DNA of 64,000 nt. Source: Gekko japonicus. Taxonomy: Eukaryota. The notes under the pieces were generated by a model. That model was not told the DNA's origin, made no database searches, and worked only from the letters and a program-made list of their open reading frames with translations. The stretch spans positions 139,827 through 203,826 of the forward strand of contig NW_015167122.1 in assembly GCF_001447785.1 (NCBI RefSeq), in the 5' to 3' direction. Numbering within the stretch: position 1 is the first letter of the stretch; each line of letters starts with the position of its first letter. Shown here in pieces: positions 10,801-41,070 of the stretch. Position numbers and translations under genes: made by a program.

Positions 10801-13800
10801 AGCTTCTTTCATATATGTGATTTTCATTTGTGTGAAATCATTGACACAAAGTAATGATAATTGAAGCAGTCATTAAATGACTTGCTGAGCCTGAGGGTTT
10901 ATGTTCATGAACTGTGTTTTTCTAATTCTGATTACTTGGAAGTAAGTCCCATAGAATTCAGTAGGTCTTGTTTCCACTTGACTTCTTTGTGACTTCATCC
11001 TTAGTCTGCAATTGAAATTCAGTGGCACTGGTTTGTGTATTGGTACTATCAGCAGGGAGTTTCAACAGTCCATGTATGGAAGTTTTCCCACAGTCCTCTC
11101 TGTTCTTGGTGCCCCCTTTGACCCCTGGAAAGAGAATTTCTGGGACTGTAGGATGCATGTATAGGAACAGGTATAGTGAGGAGGATGAATTTGACCCTTT
11201 TCCTCAGCAAGAATGTTTTTCTGGAAGAGGAAGGAGAAGTGATTCACCCCCTGTCCTTCCACACTCCAACTCTCCCAATTATGTGTCTACTTTATGGGTC
11301 CCATGACCCTGGGAATAATCTTTCCAGAGTTGAAACAGGCTGCAGGATCAGAAATTCATGCAGGGAAATGTGCAGAGGTAGAACATAGGCCAATATATTC
11401 ATTTATATATAGATGAGAACTCAATATTTTTGGTGGGGTGTGACCCTGTAGGCATTTAGTAGACTCTTTTTACTGTTAAAACTGCAAGCAAACCTTTCCC
11501 ATTTGACTACTGTCTATTTGCACTACAAAATAGGTGGTTATGCTTATGGGATAAAAAAAGCCTGCCAAAGTCTGAAGGAGAAGAATGGTACTGTCTTCTT
11601 TCTATGTGCAATGGCAGAACATGTTGTTGTTAGAGAACCATTCAAATTGAAAGACAACCTGCAGTTACAGCTTGCTTAGTAATAGTATACGATAGTTATT
11701 CTTTCAGACTGGTATAAAGTAAACTAAAATATGGAGCAGTTTCAGAGGATAGCCTAGTTGGTCTGCAGTAGAACAGCTAGATTTGAGTCCAGTAGCACCT
11801 TAGAGACTAACAAGATTTTCAGGTAAGCTTTCAAGAGTCAAAGTTTCCTTTGTCAAGATACCTCTGATAGGATGGAGCAGTTTGAAATTCGGAAATAGCA
11901 CTTTTGCTGTTTTTAATGAGCATAGTGTGTACGTGCATAGCAAATGTGTATACTTCCCAGTTCTGACTCATGCATAAAACTGTTTTTGTCTTGATTAAAC
12001 AGTAACTTACCTAGAGAGATGCACCTTCACATTAACACTGGAACAAAAATGTTTCTACACAGCCACACCCCCCCCCAGTTTTAGCAGTAGATGACAAAAT
12101 GTAACATGTGAGAAGCCTATGTTCCTCTCCAACAAGCACATAAAAACAAAATGGGAAGTAGTTCCTTTATCATCATCATTTTTCCTAGTACCTGCTTTGG
12201 GAAAATGATAGCTTCACTAACAGGAGAAACAATAAAGCATCTCTAGGATCCACCCCTCACATTCTATTTCCTCCTGCCCCTCTGCCACCTACAGACTTCT
12301 GTCCCTGGAAAGCCCTTTGAGCCAGCCTTTGTTTCTTAGGAATTCTAGTGCTGGCCCCTATGATTTACTCTAGGAATTTGACAAAATTGAGGACAGGGAC
12401 TATGGTTAGAAGGCCTGATTTGGCCTAAATGTCTGAAGGTTCTGACCTCTCTAGTAAGTTATATACTAAATTGTATGTAAAGTAACTTGTATTAACACTT
12501 TATTTCCTCTTAACTGAAATGGTCTTTTGTTTTTCATTGAGTGTTTTTTGAACACTGAGTACTCTGTTCTGCTTGCCTGATCATGCATCTTTTGTGACAG
12601 GTAATTATTGCTGCAGAACTACTGAAAAATGCAGATGAATTGGTGAAACAGAAAATTCATCCTACTTCCATCATTAGTGGATATCGTCTTGCTTGCAAGT
12701 AAGAAATGTCTGTATGTACTGGCAAGCAATTCTAGCCTTGCCTGCTAAGTTTTAAACTTCCTGAGAATTTAAAATGAAGGGCAATACAAATTTTTCCTCT
12801 GGCATTGTGGTCCACTGAGTCATTTTTCAGCCCTTGTCTCATTTACAAAAGCATGAAATGCTGTTCTTTAATATAAGATTTACATAACTTGCACAAATAA
12901 ACAGGCAAATGACTGAGAATGTTAGAATAACTTTTACACTATTAAAAATGAAATTCTAACAATTCTGGGAAAATATTTTTGTGTTGAACAGGGAAGCAGT
13001 TCGCTACATCAATGAAAATCTTGTTATTAACTCAGATGAGCTGGGCAGGGACTGTCTGATTAATGCAGCTAAAACATCTCTGTCTTCCAAAATTATTGGA
13101 GTGTATCCTTTTGATCCATAATGAAAAGCTGGAATGTGGTATGTACGGAAACTAAAATCCAGGCAGGACGAGATGGCCCTTGTTGCTCTTCCAAGATGGC
13201 AATGCAAATGAATGAAATGAAGGTTTTTGGAAGGACTTGTGCCTGTATGTTGTTTCATGCAGCCTGATTTCTATAGCAGTGGAGTGGCTGTGTAGGGAGT
13301 CTCTAAATTATTTTGCAATCGGGTCTAGAACTCAACGCTCTTTTGTGTCCCCAGGCTTCTCCTATGTATACATAATCTCCTTTGTTTCTGGCTGCTTTTG
13401 TGATCCATTCAGGATATGGGCAGTTTCCTACTAGGGGGTACAAAGTAGAGGCTGTGATAAATTATGGGGATGGAGGCATTTTGCTCCTCAAAACTTCACT
13501 CTTGAGCAGGCTGATTTCCCCTCCCCTTTTCCTTAATAGATGGTAATTAATTCAACATTTTATCCACGTTGGGAGCATTTTTAAGGCATTTTAAGCATCC
13601 CCCCCCCGACTATTTTACAAGACATATTTTTGTGTATGTCTATGGAGTCTTTTGAGTATACAGAAAACCTTACGTTGTCTGTTATTGGCCTTGCTGGTTT
13701 TGTCAGTTTATTCTTAGATGTAGTGAAGATATTTGCATAATGGAGAATGTCTGCTTAGAGAACTTACATCTGTAAAACGGCATTGGCTTTTGCTATGGCA

Positions 13801-16800
13801 AAAGGCTTCTCTACTGATTTGTTAAGCTACCTTAATGTGGGACATGCTGTAAATTTCGTGAATTCTTGATACAACTGCCCTTATTTGCTTTAATAGTCTT
13901 CTTGCAGTGACAGTGATTTCTTTGCCGACATGGTAGTGGATGCTGCTCTTGCAGTTAAATATACAGATCAAAAGGGGCAAGCACGTTATCCCATCAACTC
14001 CATTAACGTTTTAAAGGCACATGGCCGCAGTCAGAAAGAGAGCATTCTCGTAAATGGCTATGCATTGAACTGTATTGTGGGATCCCAAGGTAAGGTTAAG
14101 ATTTTCCTCTTTTCTTTTTCTGGAAGGATGTAGGTGAAACTCAGTTTCTGGAATTTGCTGTGTTTTGTATAGTATCATGTAACTACAGTGTAAATCATCT
14201 TGTAAACTAAATACCAGTTGAAAAATTTCAGTGTTATAAAACTGTATTTGGATAAAGGAGCTTGGATGTGCTTCCTTTTTTTAGGCATGACCAAAAGAAT
14301 AGTTAATGCAAAGATTGCATGTCTTGACTTCAGCCTGCAAAAGACTAAAATGAAGCTTGGTGTTCAGGTGATTATCACAGACCCTGAGAAACTGGACCAG
14401 ATCAGGCAGAGGTATGCTTTGTAGATTAAAAAATCATTTAAACTGTAGAATTTGTAATTCAAAACTTGTTACTTGATGGTCATACATAATTATCTTAGAT
14501 TGATTTTTATCATTAAATGGAAAGATTATTTCTCTGTTTCCTTACCAAAATAACATTAAAATCTGGAGTCATAATTATGTAACATTCTTTTCTAAATTAT
14601 ATGTTTGCTAAACTGTACAGAAGCCAGTTCAAAAGAGCAAGAGCCTGGCGGCACCTTAAAGACTTACAACATTTGTGGCAGGGTATAAGCTTTTTTGAGT
14701 CACTGCTAGTTCAGTTTGAGTTGGTTATTAAAGAACAGCAATGGTTTTGAGATGTAACTGTACTTCTGTAGGGAGGTATTCAGACCTCAACCATGGTAAC
14801 ATGGGAGGGATTTAAACCAGTTTATCCTTCGTGCTCCTTCCTGCTGAAAAACCACATAAGGCCCAGCAGCTTTGTTTGTGGCCAGAAGTTGAGGATCGTT
14901 CATAGCATCAGTTTCTCTTGGGTTCTTCTGAGCGGTCAGATGATCTGTACATGTAGTATAACATTGTTGCTGCACAAGAGAAAACTGTAGAGGATCATTT
15001 GTGTAGCCCCAACCACTTATAGTCTTCTGGTTGGCAAAGTTCTGTCTCTGCTTCTCTACCTATATAGCAGGCTGTATTGACATCTTGCTATAGCTGGGGA
15101 GAGTTCCTGAGCCCCCTTTCCTCTAGGAGAATTGAAAGAAATACGTATGGTTCATGTGGAAGCAAGATCACAGGTGGGGTTTGGTGCCAAAGTTAGAGGT
15201 AGTTTTAAGTGGTACTATATTGAACAAGCATGCTTTTGGCTAGAAATGGTTGGGAAGTGGAACACAGTTGGAGATCTGGACCAGTATTTAGAGGAACGGA
15301 TTGCTTATCTTGGACAGTGGTTATGGTAGGCAAAGCTGCCTTTCAGGGAAGTTTGTCTTACCATTACTGATCTTCTCATTTAGGAACATTTGATAATCTT
15401 CCAAGAAATTCCCTGGTACATGGTTTGCAGTATTCCTCCTGAATTCGTCACAGGGTTGAGATGCAACTTTTATATGCCAATGAATACAATGGGGGAATAT
15501 GCATTAAATCTCAGCAGATTGACTGGTGTGCCCCATTCTGGTAGTTTCTCAGCATCTTTTCCTTATAGCTTTACCACTGATCTTGCATTCGAATTTAGTT
15601 GGTCTTAACTAATGTATACATAATATCTTATGCAGAGAGGCCGACATCACTAAAGAGAGAATTCAGAAGATCCTGGCTACAGGAGCCAATGTTGTTCTGA
15701 CCACTGGCGGCATTGATGATATGTGTCTGAAATACTTTGTGGATGCTGGTGCCATGGCAGTACGCAGAGTTCTAAAAAGAGACCTTAAACACATTGCTAA
15801 GGCTGCTGGAGGTAATTACAGTTCAGGATAGAGAAATTTGCACTTTAAATCCAATCCACAGTTTGTCTTGTTAATGGAAAATTAAAATATGTTCAGTATT
15901 GCTAGTAATCATACTTGGGCTAGAAAACCCAAGTATTAGTTTGGGACCATTTGGTATGATTAGAATATGTGGATTTGTATAATATTAAAAGCCTTTTTTT
16001 TTTTTTTGTCTTTACAAGCCACGATTTGTTCTACTCTGGCAAACCTGGAAGGAGAAGAAACCTTTGAAGTATCAATGCTGGGGCAAGCAGAAGAGGTGGT
16101 TCAAGAGAGAATTTGTGATGATGAATTGATTTTAATTAAGAAGTAAGGAAACATTTAAGTTTGATACATGAAATTTAATTTTGCTTCACTTTTTGAAATA
16201 GTTCCCATTTAATTGCTGCCATGCTGTTTTAGTGGTGTGAGCAGTTATACGCGTGGGATAAATTATCATCAGTCATCTGTAAGTGATATGGTGAGATGGG
16301 AAATGTCTCGTCTTTACTGGTGGACCTGGACACTTAATTTAGTCTTTACCAGGAACATAATATCTGGTAGTAGCTCAAGTATAACTAATGAGGCAAGATA
16401 ATAAAATGCTTACAAATTATGAGAAAACAGATACGTTACATCTTCCTTACAGTACTAAGGCACGAACATCAGCCTCGATTATATTGCGAGGAGCAAATGA
16501 CTTCATGTGTGATGAGATGGAGCGATCTCTGCATGATGCTCTTTGTGTTGTCAAAAGAGTACTAGAGTCAAAGTCAGTTGTACCAGGAGGTGGAGCTGTT
16601 GAAGCAGCACTTTCCATTTATCTAGAGAATTATGCAACTAGCATGGTAAGTGATCTGATTAAAGTTGAACAGAGATGAACTTTTGTGTGTCACCTTGTGT
16701 TGCCAGTTCTTGGGAGCAGCCATATTTCTAAACTTAACTGACTTCATATAGAAAGGAATCTCATTGAACTGAAGATGATAGGATATTAATGTGCAGAACA

Positions 16801-17841
16801 AAACCATTCATTGGGTTGGATATCAAATAAGGATCATGGATCTTTCCCACTTTCTGCTTCCCTCATCAATCTCTTCTGACCTTTAAAAGTTTATTTCTGG
16901 GCTTGTGGGACCCTTTCAAGGAGGACAGTTTCATCCCTATCAGTTTCCCCACTGCATTTGTTGGTCCATGAAGAAACTGTTCCAAGGCTGGAAAGGACTG
17001 CTGCAGGGGCTAGGAATATCTGCAGCTCTTTGTGCCTTTTGCGGATAGATCACTGGGATCCAGATATAGTTCTTTTATTCTACAAATGCAGTACTTGGTT
17101 TATGCAAGTACTAAAATGTTGAAAGGAGTTACGTTTTCTTCTTTTTTTAATTAGGGATCACGTGAACAGCTTGCTATTGCGGAATTTGCAAGATCTCTCC
17201 TAGTAATTCCAAACACTTTAGCAGTCAATGCTGCCCAAGATGCCATAGATCTTGTTGCAAAACTCAGGGCATTTCATAATGAGGCTCAAGTTAATCCTGA
17301 ACGGAAAAATCTGAAATGGTAAGTATTCATAAAACACAACAATGAAAAGGGTTTGTCACGGAATCAACAGCTCATTCCTAGTTCTACTGTTAATCATAAA
17401 AGCAGTAGTTCGTTGACAAGGTGATTTTAAATCATTTATCTCTAGCTGGTGCTATATCATAGCTATGTTTGTGACAGTGGAGAGAGTGAACTGAAATTAA
17501 GCAGGCATTCTACTTTTATCTGGAAGAAACATTCAAAGTGGGTCTTATTTTATGGTTTAGGATAAGGCTGTTTTGAAATTGATATACCAGTTTCACAACT
17601 GTTCATCCTTTTATGTTCTTGAAGGATTGGCCTTGATTTAATCAATGGAAAGCCACGTGACAATAAGCAGGCTGGTGTATTTGAGCCTACCATGGTCAAA
17701 ACCAAGAGTTTGAAGTTTGCAACAGAAGCAGCAATTACTATTCTTCGAATTGATGACCTTATTAAATTGCACCCTGAAAGCAAAAACGATAAAGGTGGAT
17801 GTTATGAAGATGCAGTTCACTCTGGAGCAATTGAAAACTAA
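7826..17841 (+). CDS. TCP1: T-complex protein 1 subunit alpha (CCT1), 12 exons: 7826-7898, 9556-9641, 10442-10570, 12601-12698, 12992-13102, 13908-14089, 14285-14411, 15636-15811, 16019-16142, 16453-16645, 17155-17318, 17625-17841
   Basis: Exons sum to 1680 nt (559 aa + stop) in one frame. Motifs: [39 protein letters not shown]-terminal [12 protein letters not shown]. All introns are GT-AG. Confidence 0.98.
8457..8621 (-). mobile_element. Sauria SINE, 5'-truncated
   Basis: Contains the 3' half of the same SINE, with TSD TATATGGTA on both sides. Confidence 0.85.
8991..9121 (+). ncRNA. SNORA29: H/ACA snoRNA, SNORA29-like paralogue in TCP1 intron 1
   Basis: Two hairpins (CCCAT..ATGGG; TGTCAG..CTGGCA), H box AAATGA at 9049-9054 and ACA at 9116-9118. 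Colinear similarity with the copy at 11495-11624. Confidence 0.8.
11495..11624 (+). ncRNA. SNORA29: H/ACA snoRNA SNORA29 in TCP1 intron 3
   Basis: TTCCCATTTGACTAC...GTGGTTATGCTTATGGGATA 5' hairpin, H box ATAAAA at 11551-11556, 3' hairpin CTGCCA..TGGCAG, ACA at 11619-11621. TCP1 is the known host gene. Confidence 0.88.
13103..13907 (+). other. U12-type (minor spliceosome) GT-AG intron, TCP1 intron 5
   Basis: 5' splice site GTATCCTTTT. Branch-point-like TGCTTTAAT at ~13886-13894, about 13 nt before the 3' AG, with no long polypyrimidine tract. Confidence 0.88.
16201..16335 (+). ncRNA. SNORA20: H/ACA snoRNA SNORA20 in TCP1 intron 9
   Basis: TTCCCATTTAATTGCTGC...GAGCAGTTATACGCGTGGGATAAA matches recalled ACA20. 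A second hairpin follows, with ACA at 16330-16332. Confidence 0.9.
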
Positions 17842-17902
17842 ATGGATTTTTAATGTAATGTTCTTGTAAAATTCTGTCTAGTTCTGTATTTACTGGTATG
17901 TT

Positions 17903-17960
17903 AATAAAACAAACTGTTAAAAGTCCTGTCCACTCAGAAGGTGGTTAACTAGTGAATAAA
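17903..17960 (+). terminator. TCP1 polyadenylation signals AATAAA (17903, 17955); a further AATAAA at 18437
   Basis: Canonical hexamers lie 60-115 nt after the stop codon, followed by a GT/T-rich tract. Confidence 0.6.
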
Positions 17961-18516
17961 TAATATAAGACCCAGATTTTGTATTTGTCACTGTTGTAGT
18001 CCATCTTAAAGAGCTTGCGACTGGGAGAAGATGAATGGTCTAACTGTCACAAAGTGGACATCTCCCTCAATTTCTCTGTGTATGGCAGGGAACTGAAGGG
18101 AGGGTTGAGTGCCTGGAGCTCCTAGTAGACACAAATAGGAACTACTTTCTTATCCTGTGTGCAGCACTGAAAACCCTGTTGATTAAATCCTTGCCTGTAC
18201 TAGGGGAGAGGGTGAATAGTGATTAAAGACACTAGTTTGTTACTGTACTAAGCTGTGGACCCTTCATAGTAGTATTAACTATCTGAATCCTTACAGTTAT
18301 GGAAATCTATATACCTTGCTGTGGGGAAAAGGAGAGTACATCCTGTAGCAGGGAAAATTCTGTTAAAGCTTGAGCTGGTCCTATTATGTTTTTAACATGA
18401 CAGAAGCAGGCAGTGTAGATGTGTGCAGTAATGTTAAATAAAACTGAATGAAAATCAGACAGAGCTTTGAGTGAATTCAGGGCATGATATGCATTAGTAC
18501 AAAATTGAAATGTTTG

Positions 18517-36895
<18,379 letters not shown>

Positions 36896-37200
36896 GATGC
36901 CGTCCGAGACCTACTTCCAGTTCTGTTGCGATCAGTCCAAGCTTCAGCCTCTCCGAAACTCAAAGCCGTCTCGCGCACCGTGCCAGGCCCTCGCGCTCTC
37001 ATTGGCTACGTGAGACTACTCCCTCCCGCCCGCCCCCCCAGCCCTTTCGTCACCAGGGCCTCAGCGGTGGGGAGTCTGCGGTGGCGCGACGTGTGGGGAG
37101 TGGGCGGGCGGGCGTTGTGTGAGCGGCTCAGAACAGGTATAGGTTGAGCTGTACAGCTGAGCTTTGGCGTCGCAATAATTTTAAACGTGTTTGATTTGGG
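36896..37200 (-). promoter_or_regulatory. ACAT2 CpG-island promoter
   Basis: CpG-dense sequence around exon 1. CCAAT (ATTGG 37001-37005), GC boxes (~37025, ~37105) and two GTGGGGAGT SRE-like motifs (~37067, ~37093). Confidence 0.7.
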
Positions 37201-38299
37201 TGTTTCTTGAATGCACATTTGCAGTACTCGAAGGAAGCCTCATGGACGATAAAGGCCCTTGCGTGCATGAATTATTAGTATGTATTGCATTGTTGTTGTT
37301 CAGTCGCACAGTCGAGTCCGACTCTTCGAGGCCCCATAGACCAGATCAAGCCAGCATCGCCAGGCCTTCCTGTCTTCCGCGTCCTCTGAAGTTTGCTCAA
37401 TTATGTATTGCATTAGGGTGGAGGGTGGAGTCCGACCTCTGTGTTCCGAGGCAAAGGCCAATGAGGCTGCATATGCAAATAACCTCTGTGTTCTGACTGG
37501 CTGTGGGGGGAGAGGAAGAAACTGTTTAGAATGTTGGAGGCAGGACTCAGGCAAAGCAGCCAGTGGATAGGGAGACCCTCTGAATGACAGATCAGAGAGC
37601 AAACTGATTTTGGAGCGTGTGGAATGTTCTAGAGAAGTGCCACCACCATTCGGCTTTTATTTATAAGGGAGATATGGAGCAGAGGTCCATCAGTGGCTAT
37701 TAGCCACAAGGTATAGATAGGGCTCTGGGGCAAGTGATGCTCCGTCTTCTTGGTGCTTGGGGGGGGTGTCAACAGTGGGAGGGCTTCTAATGTCCTGGCC
37801 CCACTGGTGGACCTCCTGATGGCACCTGGTATTTCTGACCACTGTGTGACACAGAATGTTGGACTGGATGGGCCTTTGGCCTGATCCAACATTGGCGTCT
37901 CTTATGTTCTTATGTTAAAGTAAATTGACTTTGATGCTGTTTGCTTTGGGGGCAGTGCTAGAAAAATAAGTACAAGGCCATTTGTATTAGCCTTAGGTTA
38001 TTTTTTAAAGTTGAATTCCTTAGGTAACTAGATTTTCTGTAGGGCTACACCCTAAGCTGCCAAAACCTACTGTGTTTTGCTGCGGGGCAGCACAGTGCTA
38101 GCTCTGGGCTGCTCTTGATTCAAAAGCTCCATCCTCAGGTACTGCCTAGAGTGGCATTTTTAATTTCAATAATTGCCAACCCTGCTTCACAGGATCAGTC
38201 CAAGAGACTGTGACTGTTCAAAGGGCATGCAGTGACATACAATAACCTTTTCACAGAGTTGAAGGCAGTTTGAAAGAGGGACTACTACTTTTGATATAT

Positions 38300-38425
38300 T
38301 CAGGTGTGTAGCAATGTTGGTCTGAAGCAACAGAACAAAGTTTGAATCCAGTGGCACCTTTAAGACCAACAAAGTTTAATTCTGGGTATAAGCTTTCATG
38401 TGCATTTACACTTCTTCAGATACAG
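38300..38425 (-). mobile_element. Penelope-like terminal repeat with minimal hammerhead motif (related copies at 6193-6285 +, 11740-11862 -, 14640-14705 -, 30575-30665, 33905-33955 +, 35093-35180 +, 35190-35320 -)
   Basis: The minus strand reads GTAT CTGAAGA A GTGT AAATGC ACAT GAAA GCTT ATAC, followed by the shared TTGTTGGTCTTAAAGGTGCCACTGGA body. Confidence 0.7.
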
Positions 38426-39077
38426 TGAAAGAGACTTCCTCAACCATTACATATAGGTGGGGGAGGGGTTAGTTGCCAGGATGGGCTAATTAGAATCAAG
38501 TTGCATAAGTAACTGAGTGATAAGTACAGTTAAGATTGGATTAAAGCAGTTGGTAAAACCTGTGAAATAGCAGCACATTAGCATACAGATAATAAAAGAT
38601 CAGTGGCTCCCAATCTAGGGCAGGGGACAGAGTTATTGCAACAGGTCTGTAAATCCATCCAGTTTAGACAATTGTCTGCCTCCCCCATATGCTCCAAGGC
38701 AGCTGTGCTCCCCCCCCCCCCCGCTTCTGGGTTGGATGACTTACTAGCTGGGCTTCATCTGCCAGCTAGTTTACTGCAGTATAGCTATGACTACCCAGTT
38801 GGGTTCACCTGTTCCAAGCCCCCATCCAGGCAGGTGAAATTGGGTCATCCACAGCTGGAGGCTTCCAAGTGTGCAGTGGCCCAGTCAGGGCTGCTTCCGT
38901 CCTCCTTGTACCAGAACAACTCAGGTCAGTGAATAAATTGCACAAAGTCTTTGAAAAGCATCTCAATCTTACACCAAAAGTCTACAAGTTTTGGCTCCTT
39001 TCCACTTAAGGGTCTTACATATGTAAGATGTTACATGAATGGCCTCTGTCATTACTTAGAATAGCAAGCATCTATAG

Positions 39078-39418
39078 TAGGGTTGCCAGGTGCCTACCTC
39101 GTGCCAGCAGGGGGATTTCAGGGGCATTCCAGTGGTGGGCAGGGACGTCGGTGACGTCACTTCTAGAAGCGACGTCATCGTGTCAGCGATGTTGGGGCGA
39201 CACTCCACTTTTGGGGCAAAACTTTGTAGTAGAAATGGCTACAAACCAGAGTTTTGCCTAAAAAATAGAGTGTCGCCCCCAGCGTCACTGATGCAATGAT
39301 ATCACTTCTGGAAGTGATATTATTGTGTTGCCGACATTGCTCAGGGATGTCTGGGGGTGGGATTTCCCACAAAAAAGGCCACAAGAGCAGGGGATCCCCC
39401 ACCCAGGGACTGGCAAGT
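39078..39418. mobile_element. TAGGGTTGCCA-type non-autonomous DNA transposon (related fragment at ~308-498)
   Basis: TAGGGTTGCCAG ... CTGGCAA termini with internal inverted repeats. Confidence 0.55.
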
Positions 39419-39684
39419 AATGCTAGTAATGCTAGCAGCAATTGTTGGTTTTATAAGAAATTTATTTTATTTTATTTTATTGCATTTGTCTTCACATGTG
39501 GTAGTATTGTGACAGGGCAAAAGTGTTTGGGACTAAGGTATTTAGAATACCATCAGTGGCTTTTCAGTTGTATAATCTTAATTTCTAAACGATATGACAC
39601 CATTGTTTTATATTTATTGACAGTGGCAAGACTTTGTCTTTGCAAAAATATGGAAGTCAGAACATTGACCATCAGTTGAAGATT

Positions 39685-40978
39685 GGTAAAGGTAAAGGTT
39701 TCCCTTGCTTGAAAGCCAGTCGAATCCGACTCTAGGAGGTGGTGCTCATCTTCGTTTCCAAGCCAAAGAGCCAGCGCTGTCTGTGGTCATGTGGCCAGCA
39801 TGACTAAACGCCGAAGTGCACGGAACGCTGTTACCTTCTGTATAGGAATATTGCTTCTATATTCACAAGACTTCTCCTGTGATGTCTTTTGATAACATGC
39901 TGTGTCTTGTTTCCTGTTGCAAGCCAAATGGTGAGGCCACATGGCCTCAATAGCCATGCCATAAACCCACATTCTTTCACACTTTCATGCCAAAAGCCAG
40001 ACCTCATGGCTACACTTTCTGGCCCACTTACGACCAGTCACGTACACAATGAAGTAGCTGGAGTTTGGGTCACATGACTGCAGGCGGGGTCCCAAACTTA
40101 TAGCCTATCCCCACACGCAGCTATGGCAACCAACAATTGGGCACACCCATGCCCACTCACAATTGGCTGATGGTCACATCTAATTTGTGACTGGAATTGG
40201 GGTATAATTGTTTGATCCCTATGGGAGTGAGCTCTCTTGCTTTTTGCTCTGCTCTCTCCTCTGGTCATTGTCTGTTTGATTGCACCTGAAATGCTGCCTC
40301 TTGAGAGACAAAGAGTTGCTTTGTGACTTGGAGCACATGGTGTGCAAAAATAGGATTTCCATTCAAAATCCCTTGGACTATTCTGGACTGTGGATGTTTC
40401 TGATGTGGTAACTATGTATCTTCAATGTGTAGTTAAGGCAAACAGCACTAGCCTTTGTTATTTTTGTAATCTCTAGTAGTCTATGCTAAGTTCTGTACTG
40501 AATAAAGATCCTTCTTATTGCTAATTTGTCTTTGATGTTGTAACTGAATTCCAAGTCTAAGCCTGGTGCCTAACCCTGACCACATATGCTACCTTGGTAA
40601 AGAGTAAAAGTGTGCATCTCTAGATTGAGTTGCTAATGTGTTAAATCCCAGATGCTAACTGAGGGCTGGAATCTCTCCCTTAGGAAAGGCAGGGACTAGT
40701 GAAAAGAGGTTCTGGTGGCAAATTGTTGTGAAGACCAGAGATGGTACAGACTGTCTCGTGGATTGTTTAATGTACTGAAAAGTACAGGATTCCCTCCCAT
40801 CCCTGGACTGGCTTGGGTGGGCTAAACCCTGTACACCTTCCCACCGAAGTGGTACCTATTTATCTACTTGCAATTTTTTGCTTTCGAACTGCTAGGTTGG
40901 CAGGAACTGGGGCCACTCCGTCACACAGCACTAGGGTATTGAACTGCCGAGGTACCAACCTTCCAGTCTGCAGTCTTA
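39685..40978 (-). mobile_element. Sauria SINE split by a solo LTR (parts 39685-39838 and 40836-40978)
   Basis: The SINE sequence GTTACCTTC|CCACCGAAGTGG resumes exactly after the insert. Confidence 0.85.
39839..40835. mobile_element. Solo LTR (997 bp)
   Basis: TG...CA termini (TGTATAGG / CCTGTACA), 5-bp TSD CCTTC and an internal AATAAA at 40501. Confidence 0.85.
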
Positions 40979-41070
40979 AGCTCTGAGCTGGGTAAAAGCA
41001 AAAAAGCTGTTCAAACTGTTAAAATTAACCTTAATTCCAAGGTGTCAACTTACTGAAGGAATATTTAGAC

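Noticed and set aside
17345-17500. Possible structured RNA in TCP1 intron 11 (TGTCAC..GTGACA and CTACTG..CAGTAG pairings)
   Set aside because: No convincing C/D or H/ACA box arrangement; the stems are short enough to be chance.
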